A DNA stretch of 64,000 nucleotides, taken from assembly GCF_964204645.1 (NCBI RefSeq), contig NC_134033.1, forward strand, positions 7,510,655 through 7,574,654, written 5' to 3'. The notes under the pieces were generated by a model. It ran no database searches. It was not told the origin of the DNA and was given only the letters and a program-made list of their open reading frames with translations. This DNA comes from Tubulanus polymorphus. Lineage: Eukaryota; Animalia; Nemertea. Positions 1 to 12,422 of the stretch are shown one piece after another. Made by a program: the position numbers and the translations under genes. Numbering within the stretch: the first letter of the stretch is position 1; each line of letters begins with the position of its first letter.

Positions 1-767
1 TGGTTCCATTGGAGTAGGCCTACTATAAGTATAAATACTGTCGGCTAATAAATCGCTTATTGACAACTATGAAATAAAATATAAATTAAAACCAAATTCA
101 GATATGCTCTCTGTTCACTTTGAGTGGTTAATACATGTGTTGGACACATGAGTCCCTCCCAGGGGATGGAATGAGATTAAGGAAATGAATGTAACAATGA
201 TATGCCAGTTAAAACGTCAGAACAATTTCAAAACTTCCGAGCGTTTAGCCCCTTTTTCGATTTCTCTGATGGTCTCAATCCTTTTGTGAAGTAGGTTTTC
301 ATAGGCGCATGTGCATATCACCGTAAACAGGCCGAAACAATGACCTACTACCATTCTACAAATTGTAGCAGCCAGCAACACATCGTTAATCTGTATATGG
401 ATACTCGTTGTTTGAACAATAACAGTTTAGTATTTTGATAGTTAAGTATTTTGAAACTTTTCCGTGGGCAGCAACACAATGTTGTTATCTGCTGCTAACG
501 AAATCCAGGGGGTCAGTCATCTGGCCTCCATTAAGCTGCTTTAAGATGTGTGTAAACATCCTCTGCCCTCTCTGCCGAAAATAGTCCTTGTTATGCAATT
601 TTGTTATAACTGTTTCATATCAAAGCGACAGCTTAGAATTTTGACCAGGCAACGAGTATCCACGAGTATCTTTAACCAGTTTTTGTTTTTGACCAATCAG
701 AACAATTGGGGTTGGTGAATTGTGGAAGGTGAGATGGGGACCCAAGATCGGTTTTGGGTCACATTTG

Positions 768-1346
768 CCTTCCACGATTCGAGAAATAAACAGCTTTAGC
801 TTTGGAATTACATGTATCATACTTTAACTACGGATATCGTTATATTATATATTTTAAAGGTGAGAAGACTTTGTTTTTAAATCTATATCAATTTTGAAGA
901 TAACTGAATTGACATTGATAATTGTGAAGTCATATTATTCATAGTGGATTATGACTGAAATATCAGAGAGAAGAATATATCGGTCAGAGTTGAGCACACG
1001 CTGCTTCACTTTAAGATGGCTACAATTCTATGATGATTACTAGCTCACGTCCGCTAGTTGGTCAAGACCGATCTGAATTAAGTTTAACGTATACAAAGTA
1101 TGTTAGTTTCATTGTTAGTTTCAATGTTAGTTTCATTACTACGATTATGATAGAAAGAGATGAAATGACTGTAGTGTCGCAAATAGTTGCATGAATATCT
1201 ATATGTATATTAAACAATTACTACTATCATATCAAATATTGTAACACATTTACCTTCCACGATTCGAGAAATAAACAGCTTTAGCTTTGGAATTACATGT
1301 ATCATACTCTAACTACGGATATCGTTATATTATATATTTTAAAGGT
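768..1346 (+). repeat. ~94-bp near-identical direct repeat (768-861 and 1253-1346)
   Basis: ccttccacgattcgagaaataaacagc...ttttaaaggt occurs twice. Confidence 0.9.
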
Positions 1347-1825
1347 ACCGAGCTTAATTCCCCGAGCACCGGCTTTCGTCAGGGTGCTATATTAGTTCCG
1401 AGGTCGATAGGTTCCACTGCAGTAGGTTCGAGTCCTGACTTCGCGCTATACGGAATCTGACTTTAAACAAGTAAAATTGTTGCGATATACTTCTTAAATT
1501 ATTCCGCCCAGTTGGTTTTTATTTCATAAAGGAGAAAGTATTAACTTGGCCAGCACCATTTTTTTCTATATAATTTTTACCGTTAATTTATCCAACCCAG
1601 CAGGGGAATGACAGTCTCGGTATCTTTTTTTTACCTTACTACATATAACGACAAACCGTAGGCGACAACGGTTTTTCGGGCTCACACTCAAGCTCCAAAA
1701 TGCACATGAGAGAAATGTAGGATCCCATTTTTTAAATGGACCTTCCTTAGGTTACAACTTTTCACCCCCAGGCAAACCATAATAAGTTGCCCATGGGCTA
1801 AGTGTGGTTTACCTTGTAAGCTAGA

Positions 1826-2850
1826 GGTTGCTTAGAGTAAGGGCATTGCTTGAAAAATATTTTTAATTCGTGACTTCAAAGGTCTAGAAGTTTATATTGT
1901 ATTCTATCTTTCTTAATGAATTATTTTGTTATCAAATAAGACCAAAGATAAACATTTGTTTATGGTCAACGTCCAAAATTTCGTAGGGTACAGTTAGGCG
2001 CGGCGGGGAAACTATTCTATATTTTCAAAAAAATATTTTTCACAATATGAAAAAATATTCAAATAAAGTTCATATGATATCACATATCAGAGAGTGGCTG
2101 AATATTGAGTCTTGGAAATGAGACCTCTTCCAATGTATGGCCGCGGAAGCTAAAACACCGCGCCGTAGTATTAGATCGTTTTAAATCCTGGAATTTACCA
2201 CTACAATATTCAGACCTCGACCTATACCTATACTTATAGTATTTTCAGGTAACACGAAATTACAATTTCATCAAACAGAAAACACAGCGCTCATCTTCTG
2301 CTACGACGATTATTCAGCCTGTTTTTATACCAAATGTGCACGCGCCAAGCAGTATTACAGCATCACCATATAGTAGTCTGTATGAGCGTGTGTTTGCGTG
2401 TGCAACAGTCTAAAGGCTGGCTTATGTCGACAAGCAACGCGACGCCTACCGACTCCTACCGACGCAACTGAGAGCAACCGCGATCGCAGCCCAGCTTATG
2501 TCGACGTTCGCCATTAATGGCTTTCCCATATTTATTTTGGTAGCGCCGTAATTCCCCGTATATCCCCAAAACAGCCAATCACATTCGCTCATAGAGTCGA
2601 CGCCCCCCAATCGAGGTCATTGCAATTTTATACACCAGAGCTAAGAATTTTCCCGTCAAAAACAGTTTTTCATCGAATATAAACATAGTTGACCATGTCA
2701 TCGACAGAGGTTCGTCATGTCTTCAATCGTATCGATTATACGTCGTTTAACCCGAGAACCAATGAAAAAAATGCTCACATTAAAAAAACGTACCGCGATT
2801 TAACATGAATTGGCTCAATGCCAACCTCATACTGCTGACAAAGGTAAGCC
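1826..2850 (+). repeat. Interspersed repeat, uninterrupted copy; second copy at ~42561-43677 plus 47436-47523
   Basis: Long collinear similarity (gttgctt.gagtaagggcattgcttgaaaa ... ctgctgacaaagg). Confidence 0.9.
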
Positions 2851-3439
2851 AAAAAGCTGGAATGTTCTCCTTTTCACAGAATTTCGAGTGGCTCAATCTA
2901 TTTATTATCAGTGAAAGTAAGTTTCATAGAACCTAAACGAGAGGTAAAGAAAATATACACTATACATTCATATCATTATTATATACGTATTGTTGTTTTT
3001 GGCAAAGTAAATAAAAAATTATATAATTGCACATCGAAAGCATGTTAGCAAGAGCAAACTCAAAATATATACCCAATCTGCAATAAGCCTCTAAGTCAGC
3101 CGATAGTAAATCGATTGAGGCTTATTGTTATCCATAGACTCAACTATAAAAGATACTCAGTATTAAAGAATAACAGCAAATAATCATTTATCTATTTGCT
3201 GTTAATCTTTTGTGACTGGTTCCAATACACACAGCCGAGGTTGTGCTTAATAAATCGCGATGTTTTAAGAGCAAATTTAGTTCTACTGTTGCCAGTTCAG
3301 ATTTGACTATTGTCAAATAAGAGAAGATGAAGTTGAACTAAAGTTTTCAGTTTTAACCCTTTCGGTGCTGACTAACTACAGGGTTTCCAGTGGTAAGGCC
3401 AGGACAAAAAAAGTACTAAGAAGGGCTTTTTTAACAATT

Positions 3440-3720
3440 TAAAGGCGGGCGTAGGGTCGGCCTTGCGACTCACTGCGACCGCCAGCGACGATTGCATCGC
3501 AATGACTCACCGACCTATGCTTCCTTGCGACTGCCAGTGACGGGTTGCGACTGCCAGCGACGCCAGTCGCAATGAGTCGCACATGTTCTACTTTCTGCGA
3601 CGCGACCGTCGCAACCGACCAGCGTTGCAATCGACTGGCAGCAACTAGTCGCACACAGTCGCTGACAACTGCATAGCAACCGACTTGCGCGGCAACTTGT
3701 GACGCAACGCCTGGCTTTAG
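3440..3720. mobile_element. GC-rich MITE-like remnant (gtcgc/gcgac-rich, possibly PIF/Harbinger-type)
   Basis: Dense gtcgc/gcgac motifs. Terminus cgcctggcttt is mirrored by aagccaggcg at ~3779. Similar sequence at 2413-2505 and 33200-33900. Confidence 0.45.
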
Positions 3721-4180
3721 ACCCAAAAGGAAGGACTTCTCGATTGAAAAAGAGTACTTTCCAGCAAAATTAGGACCCAAGCCAGGCGCGCACTAGGCAG
3801 TTTTTAGTCGCCAATAGAAAGATTTTAAATCGTCGGCAATTTTTATGAAATCGCAGTCCGTTGTCAGCGACCGCACATTAGAAGATTTTTATCACCAAAT
3901 CACAGGCATTTGAGCTTGCTAGGAAATAAACATTCTATGAATCCAGCCCTATGCGATTTTGGACTCAACAATTCAGTGAAATTTGCGGGAACTAGACTAC
4001 CAAATGCAGTAACTTTAGCAAGCTACAAGATTATGGAGCTGGCAACAAAAATTTCTGACATGGCTGCCAGCTGCTACAATGCGTTATCAGTAGCAAAACA
4101 ATATGTTTCCAGCGATATTTCATTGTACTAGACATGATGAGAAGATTCATAGAGTAGCTGTGTTAACCGGGTTTAGAATA

Positions 4181-4371
4181 AATAACGAGACGAGTAGTAC
4201 TATATAAGTTAACTATTATGACGCACGAGCTTTTGCTACTAATGTATAGAAGCTTCATCAGGTTAATGAGTGATTCACCTGATTCACCCAATGAAGCTTC
4301 TACACATAAGTAGCAAAAGCTTGTGCGTCAAATAAATAAGTTCCCTTCATAGTACTACTCGTCTCGTTATT
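4181..4371. mobile_element. 191-bp hairpin element resembling an inverted Penelope pseudo-LTR pair with degenerate hammerhead cores
   Basis: 23-bp perfect terminal inverted repeat aataacgagacgagtagtactat and near-palindromic arms. Left arm, minus strand, reads CTGATGA-A-GCT...AGC-AAAA-GCTC. Confidence 0.55.
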
Positions 4372-4951
4372 CAATATTTCATTGAAATAAGGAAGAAAGT
4401 GCTCAAATCAATCAGTAATCAAGGGGCAAGATCTTTCGCATTTCAGTATAAATCATATCAGTAGTTCTCAGGCAAAAATGATCAATATCGGTAATATGAA
4501 AATAAGTTAAAATTCGCAGCTCCACTCCGAGCTCTAAAATATCACATGAAATTGTTAATTCTACTTAATTACCCCTCATTTGTCTTAGTGCGCTCACTTG
4601 TGTAAGGTCACAAAACAAGGCCATACTACATGTAGTACCAAATGTGTAAAACTTCCAACTAAAGCATCCTTAATTGTAAAAAATTGCTCCGTATGACCAT
4701 AGGTACCATATTAACAAAACTTTTTTAACTTACTGCATCAATTCAAATTCAACTCCATTGGCAACTTAATTATCTAGTTATCCCACACAAAAACAAAATC
4801 TTTTCTTAAGTTTTTCAAAAGTCGATCAAACCAAACAGGTATCTTTTATTCACCTTCACAGCCAACATTTGCATCAATAGTTGCATAGCTCAAGCTTAGT
4901 GCTAGTAGCAAGACTGTTGCGCTGATTAGAATTCAAATAATATTGAATTGA

Positions 4952-6640
4952 AATAAAGAAGTTTCCAGTTTCTAGGCGCCATTTTGTGGCAGTCCTCGAG
5001 GTCCCCATTGTTGCGATAATTTGCGCTCATTTTTAAAACATAAGTTTAGATTGAATATCACATAGTTCTGCAGCCCCTTCCTCGATGAACTTAATTTATA
5101 CAGCATTTTAAAGAAAATGAAATGCAGATATTTGTTGGCGATTCTTAAAAATTTTTGAATGCAACAATTGAGAACAGTGACGATGTGAAACCAAGGACCG
5201 CATATCTTAACCGCCCGTAAAAGAAATCGCAATATTAATTGATTTTGAAATATCTAAGTATGTCTTGAAGCTATATTTCCTATTTTCACAGAGCTTAAAG
5301 AGGGTTATTTGCAGTTTAAGCCTCTGTTAAAATCTTTTGAATATCTTTGTTGACGACTGATCTGTACCCGCTTGAGTTTGAGAAAATCTTTCAATGCAAT
5401 TTGATTTCTTCACATTTTCCAAGGGGATATTTTGAGATTATAATCCATATCTTGTTTTTACTGTATTTTGGCGGGGGCAATTCGTTTAGCTGGTTTCTTG
5501 ATCCAGTTTGTCCAGCTTTGAAGTTTGAACGGCCCAGTTGGGGAATTGTCGCATGCAGCCTAGCGCCGATTTTGTGTTCGGTGAAATCATGGGCCCAAAA
5601 CGTTTTAGAGTCCATGGTGAAATGTGCCAGTCAATTTAAACGCTTAGGACATATTTCAACACATATCTCTCTCTGGTAATCCCTCATCCTGAGATCATAC
5701 GATGAATTTACTGAATCTCAACCTTCTTGCTTGAAAACATCGACCAGATAACCTTACTGATATAAAATTCCAATATTATATTTAAAGAGGCTCCTGTCCC
5801 CCATTTGATATTCTGTTTTAGGGGGTCAACGTCGAGTTGGGCAACTTTAAGCTGCGCCGCATATTCAAAAATATATAAAAACTTAGATTTTGTTCTAGTG
5901 TCCATCCATGAGTGGTACATTCTGTTGAAAAGCAAATTAGGCTCTCAACTAGGCCACCTTTGCAACAAACACAGAACGTCCCCACTCTTACAAGAAATCC
6001 TTCGATTTTCCAACGCTACAAAACTCGAATTCCTCAAAGCACTCAAAGTCCATTTTTAACCTTACGAAAATAAAGGTAATATATAACCATAAGAAGCAAT
6101 ATTAATGATATCAAACCAGTATAAAATCTTATTTTTGCGATTTCTTTTCGCAAATCTCAATGTTCGGTGAAATGGCGGTGCGCAGTGGGAGACCCCTTTT
6201 GTGCGTAATCTCAAACTCAAGCGGGTACAGATCAGTCCTCAGGAAAGATATTCAAAAAAATTTTAAAGCAGGTCTAAACTGCAAATAACCCTCTCTAACC
6301 TCTGTGAAAATTGGAAATATAGCTTCAAGACATACTTAGATATTTCTAAATTAATAAATATTGCGATTTCTTTTACGCGCGGTTAAGATATGCGGTCCTT
6401 GGTTTCATATCGTCACTATTCTCAATTGTTGCGTCAAAAAATCCAAGAATCCCCACAAATATCTGCATTTCATTTCCTTCAAAATGGTGTATAAATTAAG
6501 TTCATCGAGCAAGGGACTGCAGAACTAAAATGATATTCAATCTAAACTTATGTTTTGAAAATGAGCGCAAATTATCGCAACAATGGGGACCTTGAGGGAC
6601 CGCCACAAAATGGCGCCTAGAAACTGGAAACTTCTTTATT
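4952..6640. mobile_element. Fold-back non-autonomous DNA transposon with ~430-bp terminal inverted arms
   Basis: 4952-5385 is the reverse complement of 6209-6640 (aataaagaagtttccagtttctaggcgccattttgtggc...). No transposase recognised inside. Confidence 0.85.
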
Positions 6641-9386
6641 GAAGCACTGCATGTACGCAAATCCAATTTTTACAATTGTATGTGAACCATTAGTGGACCC
6701 CGACTTAGGGCAGGTTTTTGATCGAACCAATTCTTGATTGAAATCAATTAGCAATGAGGTAACAGTGAGGCTACAATGGCAATATTGAGGATTCTACAAG
6801 GTATTACTCAGGATTCTACCAGGTTTCATCAGTGGTTACTAAGTTCTAAATCTCACTCATAATTTTCAGCAAAATTGATACCATACACCAAGTGACAAAG
6901 TCAATATCAAATATAGGAAATTTGATGCTTGTTTGATAAAAAATTGCCTAAAAGTCTAATTATTACTGCAATGAAACAAACGAATTTTCACTACATACAA
7001 TATATAACTGAGTGTATTGTTTTGGCTAAAGTTGACCAGTGGATATGTATATGGAAAGAACTAAGTTTCAAATGTTGGATATGTCTATGGAAAGAACTAA
7101 TTTTCAAAGTTCAATTTGTCAACTATCCACTGGTTGACTCCAAACAACCTTTGAGTAATAGGCCTCAGACTGCCAGCCATTTTTTACATTTATTGTTGTA
7201 TTCACAAGGAGTATAATTCGACTAACTAAACAACTACGGGGTACCTGGTAAAAATTCTAAGGAGTATTTTGGAGAATAATTTGAGTCTTGAAACAAGAAA
7301 CCTCTCTCAAAGGAGTCCTAGTCAGCACCGCACAAATGTTTAGGATAAAATTGAAGGCTGAATATATTGAAGTTTGAACTCTAATGACTACTACGGCACC
7401 GTAGCCATCACCACATATTAAGCACATATACTATCAAAATCATTTTTGTCATAATAACACTAAAGCTTTCCAGACTAGCTAAAACCAATGAGGATTCTTA
7501 CATCATTATATAGATAACATTAGCCCAAATTAATACAAATCATAATCAAGTTAGTATCAATAAAATCAAAGTATAAAATCAAAGTAGTGAAGTTGATTTA
7601 CCAAATACCACGGCCCCATTTGTTCAGGTGCAGGGGTAAAAATAATCCTGACACACCCCTGTCCAGGATCACTTCAGGCATTCGGAATCCTAGAGAACTG
7701 AAATCAAAAATTGTCATTTGGAAGTCGAATGTCTAGCCATGGTTATCATTCATCTTTGGTTATCTAGGCCTCTGAATATACATCAGAGCTGGGCATCATA
7801 GATGTGGAAAAAAAATAGTCCCTGGAATATTTTGAAATTCGTCAGTTATAACCATGGTTTCTCATTGTTACTATGGTGATTGTTGCCGAGATTTTGGAGT
7901 TATTCCTAGGGATAACTTTGATATTCAGTCTATGAAAACGGGCCCTGGAGCGGAAGCCTACAGTACCTGCGCCGTAGATGATCAGATTGATAGCCGGTAT
8001 CAATGGTAGATCTATCAATTTTTTGATAGTATTTCAAGAAATAACAAGTAATCATCCAATAGATGATTTATGCCTCACATAGCACATCCAAGTCGAATGG
8101 AATTAGAATGCCTAATGGACTTTTTTTAATCAATGGTCGCATTCCTAGTTGTTATTAAAGCTTACAAATTCGTGAAAAACTGTCAAATGGCTAACTTATG
8201 AAGAAAAAAAAATGAATGCCCGGACAGAGATGTAAGAATTTTTTTTCGTTGACGCCTGCATTAACAAAACAAATACCCGCCTTTATGGCCATCTTAATCT
8301 TTTAGCCAAACCAACAACTTAAGGGAAGTCTCACAATAAAAAGGGCAGTCTCACAATTAAAAACCACTTACAGACTTGCATTACAAGTGTCCAACTGGGC
8401 CCAGGCCCAAGTTTTATGAAAAAGTTAAATCATAAAACCTTTTTATTACAGTTCATATCAAATCAAAATTTTTCAACTGCAGTCACAGGTTTGGGGACCC
8501 TTTGGTTCACAAACATTATAAAATACAATCGTTTAAGTCAACTAAAAACTAAAATTAATGATAATTTTTGCTTTATGAGCTCTTTAAGGCAGTTTTGTTA
8601 TCATAGGAAAAAACAAGTGCCAGGGCAGTGTACCGAGAGGCTTTTTTTATGAGCAACCAATTTCCAATATGGTGGCATTGGGTAGTTGATGAAAGTACAA
8701 TCTGTTTCTCAACGTCGCATTTTTTTGTCATGTAATTAGGCTAAATCATCGTAATTTTTCTGAACCTTTGACTCCATCGCACGATCATAGCAAACCGTTC
8801 GCGAAATCGATCACAAAAATCATATGCTCGTAAAAACGCCTTTGATTCAAACAGATAATGCACTGACCTTGGCCGCTGATGAGACTACATACAATGGCTT
8901 TTCATCTTTATCGAGCCAGTTTTAATTGTTTGGACAAAATGAATAATGATGGACTAAGGATTAATGAAGGTAATCTTCTTCCCACGCCCACACCCTCAAA
9001 CATTCAATACACAGGCCCGTCAGGGTCATTCAAGGTCTCAAAACATAAATCCCGCAGTACCCGCAAACTGAAGCACGCAATGCGCTCAGGTTCGGTAGAA
9101 TTTTTAATTGGCCGCCGAAAGGCCAAATTGTTATCAAACTTACATAGCTTATGAATAAGACAAAAACTACGACGTGAGAGGGTAATTGCGCATTAGTCTG
9201 ATATCTATAGGATCAGTTTGAACTAAACCTTTGTCTTTTCATATATGCTTGTAGTTTTTTTTTGGCAACTTTTTAATTTCTCTAAAGCAGCTCTGACTGT
9301 CACACATGCGGAAATTGCCACAGTGTGGATCAGCGCCTGATACATAATCGCCATTCTCTTCTAATCCATGCCTTATATGTGATCAG

Positions 9387-9524
9387 GGTCCAGTTGCATA
9401 GTCACGGCTTAGATTTAAGACTGTTCTAAGACCAACTAAGTTCTATACTCGATCTAACAACCTCAGACCAGTCTTAAGATTTAAGACCACTTTTGGACTT
9501 AAGTCAGGACTGTGCAACTGGGCC
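9387..9524. mobile_element. MITE with 3-bp CAG TSD (PIF/Harbinger-like)
   Basis: TIR ggtccagttgcatagtc / gactgtgcaactgggcc, flanked by CAG on both sides. Confidence 0.75.
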
Positions 9525-9959
9525 CAGGATTTCACCAGTAAGTTCTAATTGAAACTAATAACAGCTGAAACTGCCAGAACCGGTACCGTAGGCACCTACA
9601 TTTTTTACCAAAGTACGCAGTTACTGAATTGAAGAAGCTGGAATCAAATGGATAAATGTTAATTCAAAAAAGGAATGATTGAACCGAAGCTGGTATTTAG
9701 TTGTATGAATGTGTGTAAGGACACTTCTCACAGTCAAGTTATTTCTCTGGAAACTATCTGCAGTTTTCCCGCCTCTCGGCACAGCCGCCCATTCACAGTA
9801 AGTGATGTAGTCATCGGCATTTTAAATTCACTTAGTGAATGAAAAAATATAAATGACTTGCTGATAGACTCTTATCAAAAATATTTCTTAAATGATTGTG
9901 ATCGACTATCGTCACCATTACGTGTGATACAATGATAAAACTTTTAGCCAAAATCCCTG

Positions 9960-10063
9960 GATCCGGGTCCAGAGTCGTGGGTTAGAGTTCACTCAGTTAA
10001 GATGTTCATTTTCAATGTTTTAACTCGGGGTCAAATCTTAACTCACGACTGTGGAACCGACCC
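9960..10063. mobile_element. MITE with 3-bp CTG TSD (PIF/Harbinger-like)
   Basis: Imperfect TIR gatccgggtccagagtcgtgggtta / taactcacgactgtggaaccgaccc, flanked by CTG. Confidence 0.6.
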
Positions 10064-10254
10064 CTGAACTATTTCTTTCTGTGAACGCAATCTCATAGAC
10101 AAGTGTGTATTTTGCATGACAGGCAACGTACACAATCGATTTCCAGGCATCGTCATAATAGCTTTTACAGCTAAAATTTGGGAGATCCCAATTCCAAGTA
10201 AGGAGATATATCCTAAGGCAGTCGCAAAAATCATTGGTAGTTGGTTGGAATGTA

Positions 10255-10400
10255 GCCGAAATGTAGACAGTTGATGTAATTTTGTTCAATAAAGTAAAAT
10301 CGAATTGGATTCTATATTTTTAGCGGAATAAAATTTGATTTTATTTGCAATTCGAGCACATGGCTAATAAGCATACCAAGGCCATCCATTCGATTTGAGA
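10255..10400 (+). repeat. Interspersed repeat shared with ~29590-29765
   Basis: ttgttcaataaag.aaaat...gagcacatggctaat.agcata.caagg..atccat..gatttga is present in both places. Confidence 0.7.
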
Positions 10401-11620
10401 AAAAGCTATCTTTCTCAAAATTTGCACAATTATCAATGACAAATTTTCTGTAGTGCAAATAAATAATTCCCCCCAACGGTTCATGTAGGACTGCAGATTT
10501 CTGCCGTAAGGCCAATTAGAGGGGAGACTTTGCTTCCTGAGTGATATTTTTGCATTCAAATTTTCGTGAAAAACCTCATGTAATTTGTAAACAGGCTGTT
10601 TAATCAAAATTTGGCTTCCTAGGAATTGGAGAATGCATGGTTTGTATGAATATAAGCTCAGCTGCACAGTTAAAACCCCCTTCCTCTGAAAACCATGTCA
10701 TTTAAATTCGCTCCATTTGTATAGTAATAGGCTCATCCCATTGCTGGCCAAAAAACAAAAGCAAAGAAAAATCGTGTCTATTTTACCAAACTGATTACCA
10801 GGTAGGCTGGTACCAGTTTAGGTGAGTTCTACTGTGCAAGCACCAGACATCAGATATTCTATCAGCACGCTTTCAAATAGATCTTTTTCATCCTCCCTTG
10901 GCAGAGATTCAAACCCGACGGCATTGCTACACTCAACTACAGCATGAAACCTGGCAACACAAGACAGGGTGCGCAGTTACGTGCGCAAGTTTACAGCACG
11001 AAAACTTGTGGCACCAATCAGATTGACCCTATTATAATAGCTGAGGGAAATTTCACAGAATAACTGTAAATGGGAAAACCTGCGCTAAGATAAAACGCAA
11101 TATTTGATGACATCATCTAAGCTGCACACTGGGTGAGTATGGCAGGGTTTCGTACCGTGGCAATCTAGATGTTATCAGGTTCGAAACCCTGCTGGGGGAG
11201 GATGGGTCTTTCCTATATGGTCAGGATAGTCACATCACAAATGCATATGTGCTATAGTGCAATCTTTACAAATGTTTGTCATTTCTTTCTATGCAATTTA
11301 TATTCCAAAGAGCATAAAAGAGCTCAACAGTAATGATAAGTAGTGAACTTGATGCTACTTTTTCAAAATATACTCCTAATAGGGACACACCATCTGACAA
11401 GATGCCGAGGGGCACTATGATAAGCCTGTGATATTTTGCTATTATGAAACGCACATTTTCGAAAAGTTATCAGGCAGCCCTAAACACATCGGACGTTGAC
11501 AATGAATGTTTGAGGATGGTGGTGGTACCTGGCATCGATAATAAAATCATCCATGGACTATTTCTGGACTGCACAGAACTTGCCACAAATCAGCGGAAGT
11601 TCAAATATATTTCTGTTTAA

Positions 11621-11918
11621 CCCTTTCAGTGCGTCTACACCGCAATGCGGTGTAGGAATCAGTGATAGATTTTGCTAGTACACCGCAGTGCGGTGTATTG
11701 ATTTAATTAGTAATTACTAATTATATCTCTTGAAAGATGGCAGCACCTGTCAAACATAAATAACATAAGTGAAATATTAGTAACTAACGATACACCGCGC
11801 CGCGGTGTAGACGCACTATAGTGGTATTCCCGTTATTCAACACACTAGGGTGGAATTTCTAAAAATTTTCAAATTATCTCTAGCACTATAGGGTATTAAC
11901 TAGTCAGCACTGAAAGGG
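11621..11918 (+). mobile_element. piggyBac-type MITE, copy 1
   Basis: TTAA TSD, CCC...GGG termini, TIR ccctttcagtgc. Confidence 0.88.
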
Positions 11919-12422
11919 TTAAAGCATTCGATTTCCGTTTTTCAATCTGCAATTTACAACATTCATTATAGCGATATCAAAATGATAAAAACCAAAATAT
12001 TTCTAACATACTGAAATTGAACACATATTTTTCTGCCTAAGATCATTTAATCGTGGATTAAGATTATACAATCAAAACTTAGTCAAGATTGTAAAACCAT
12101 AAGATAAAGTTGTACAATCTTGAATCAAAATCATACAATCACGTATAGTTAGTTGTTGAATGTTGGTGTAGTACAAAACTTCCCTGAATTGTTGTATGGT
12201 TGAAAGTTGTATTAAATATGTCTTCACTTTTACCATGGGCATCGTCACAAGATCACAGTTGTTATTTCGCAATGTAGACAAAAGAAGTAGGCCTACTATT
12301 GGATAGTTCAGTGGTTAACGTGTTAACTTAATTTTGGGTGAAGAAACATTGTAGTTTTCATTCTCGGTCTCTGTATCAAAGTTCTAATATAATCACCTAT
12401 TTAATTTGATTGAATTGAGTAG

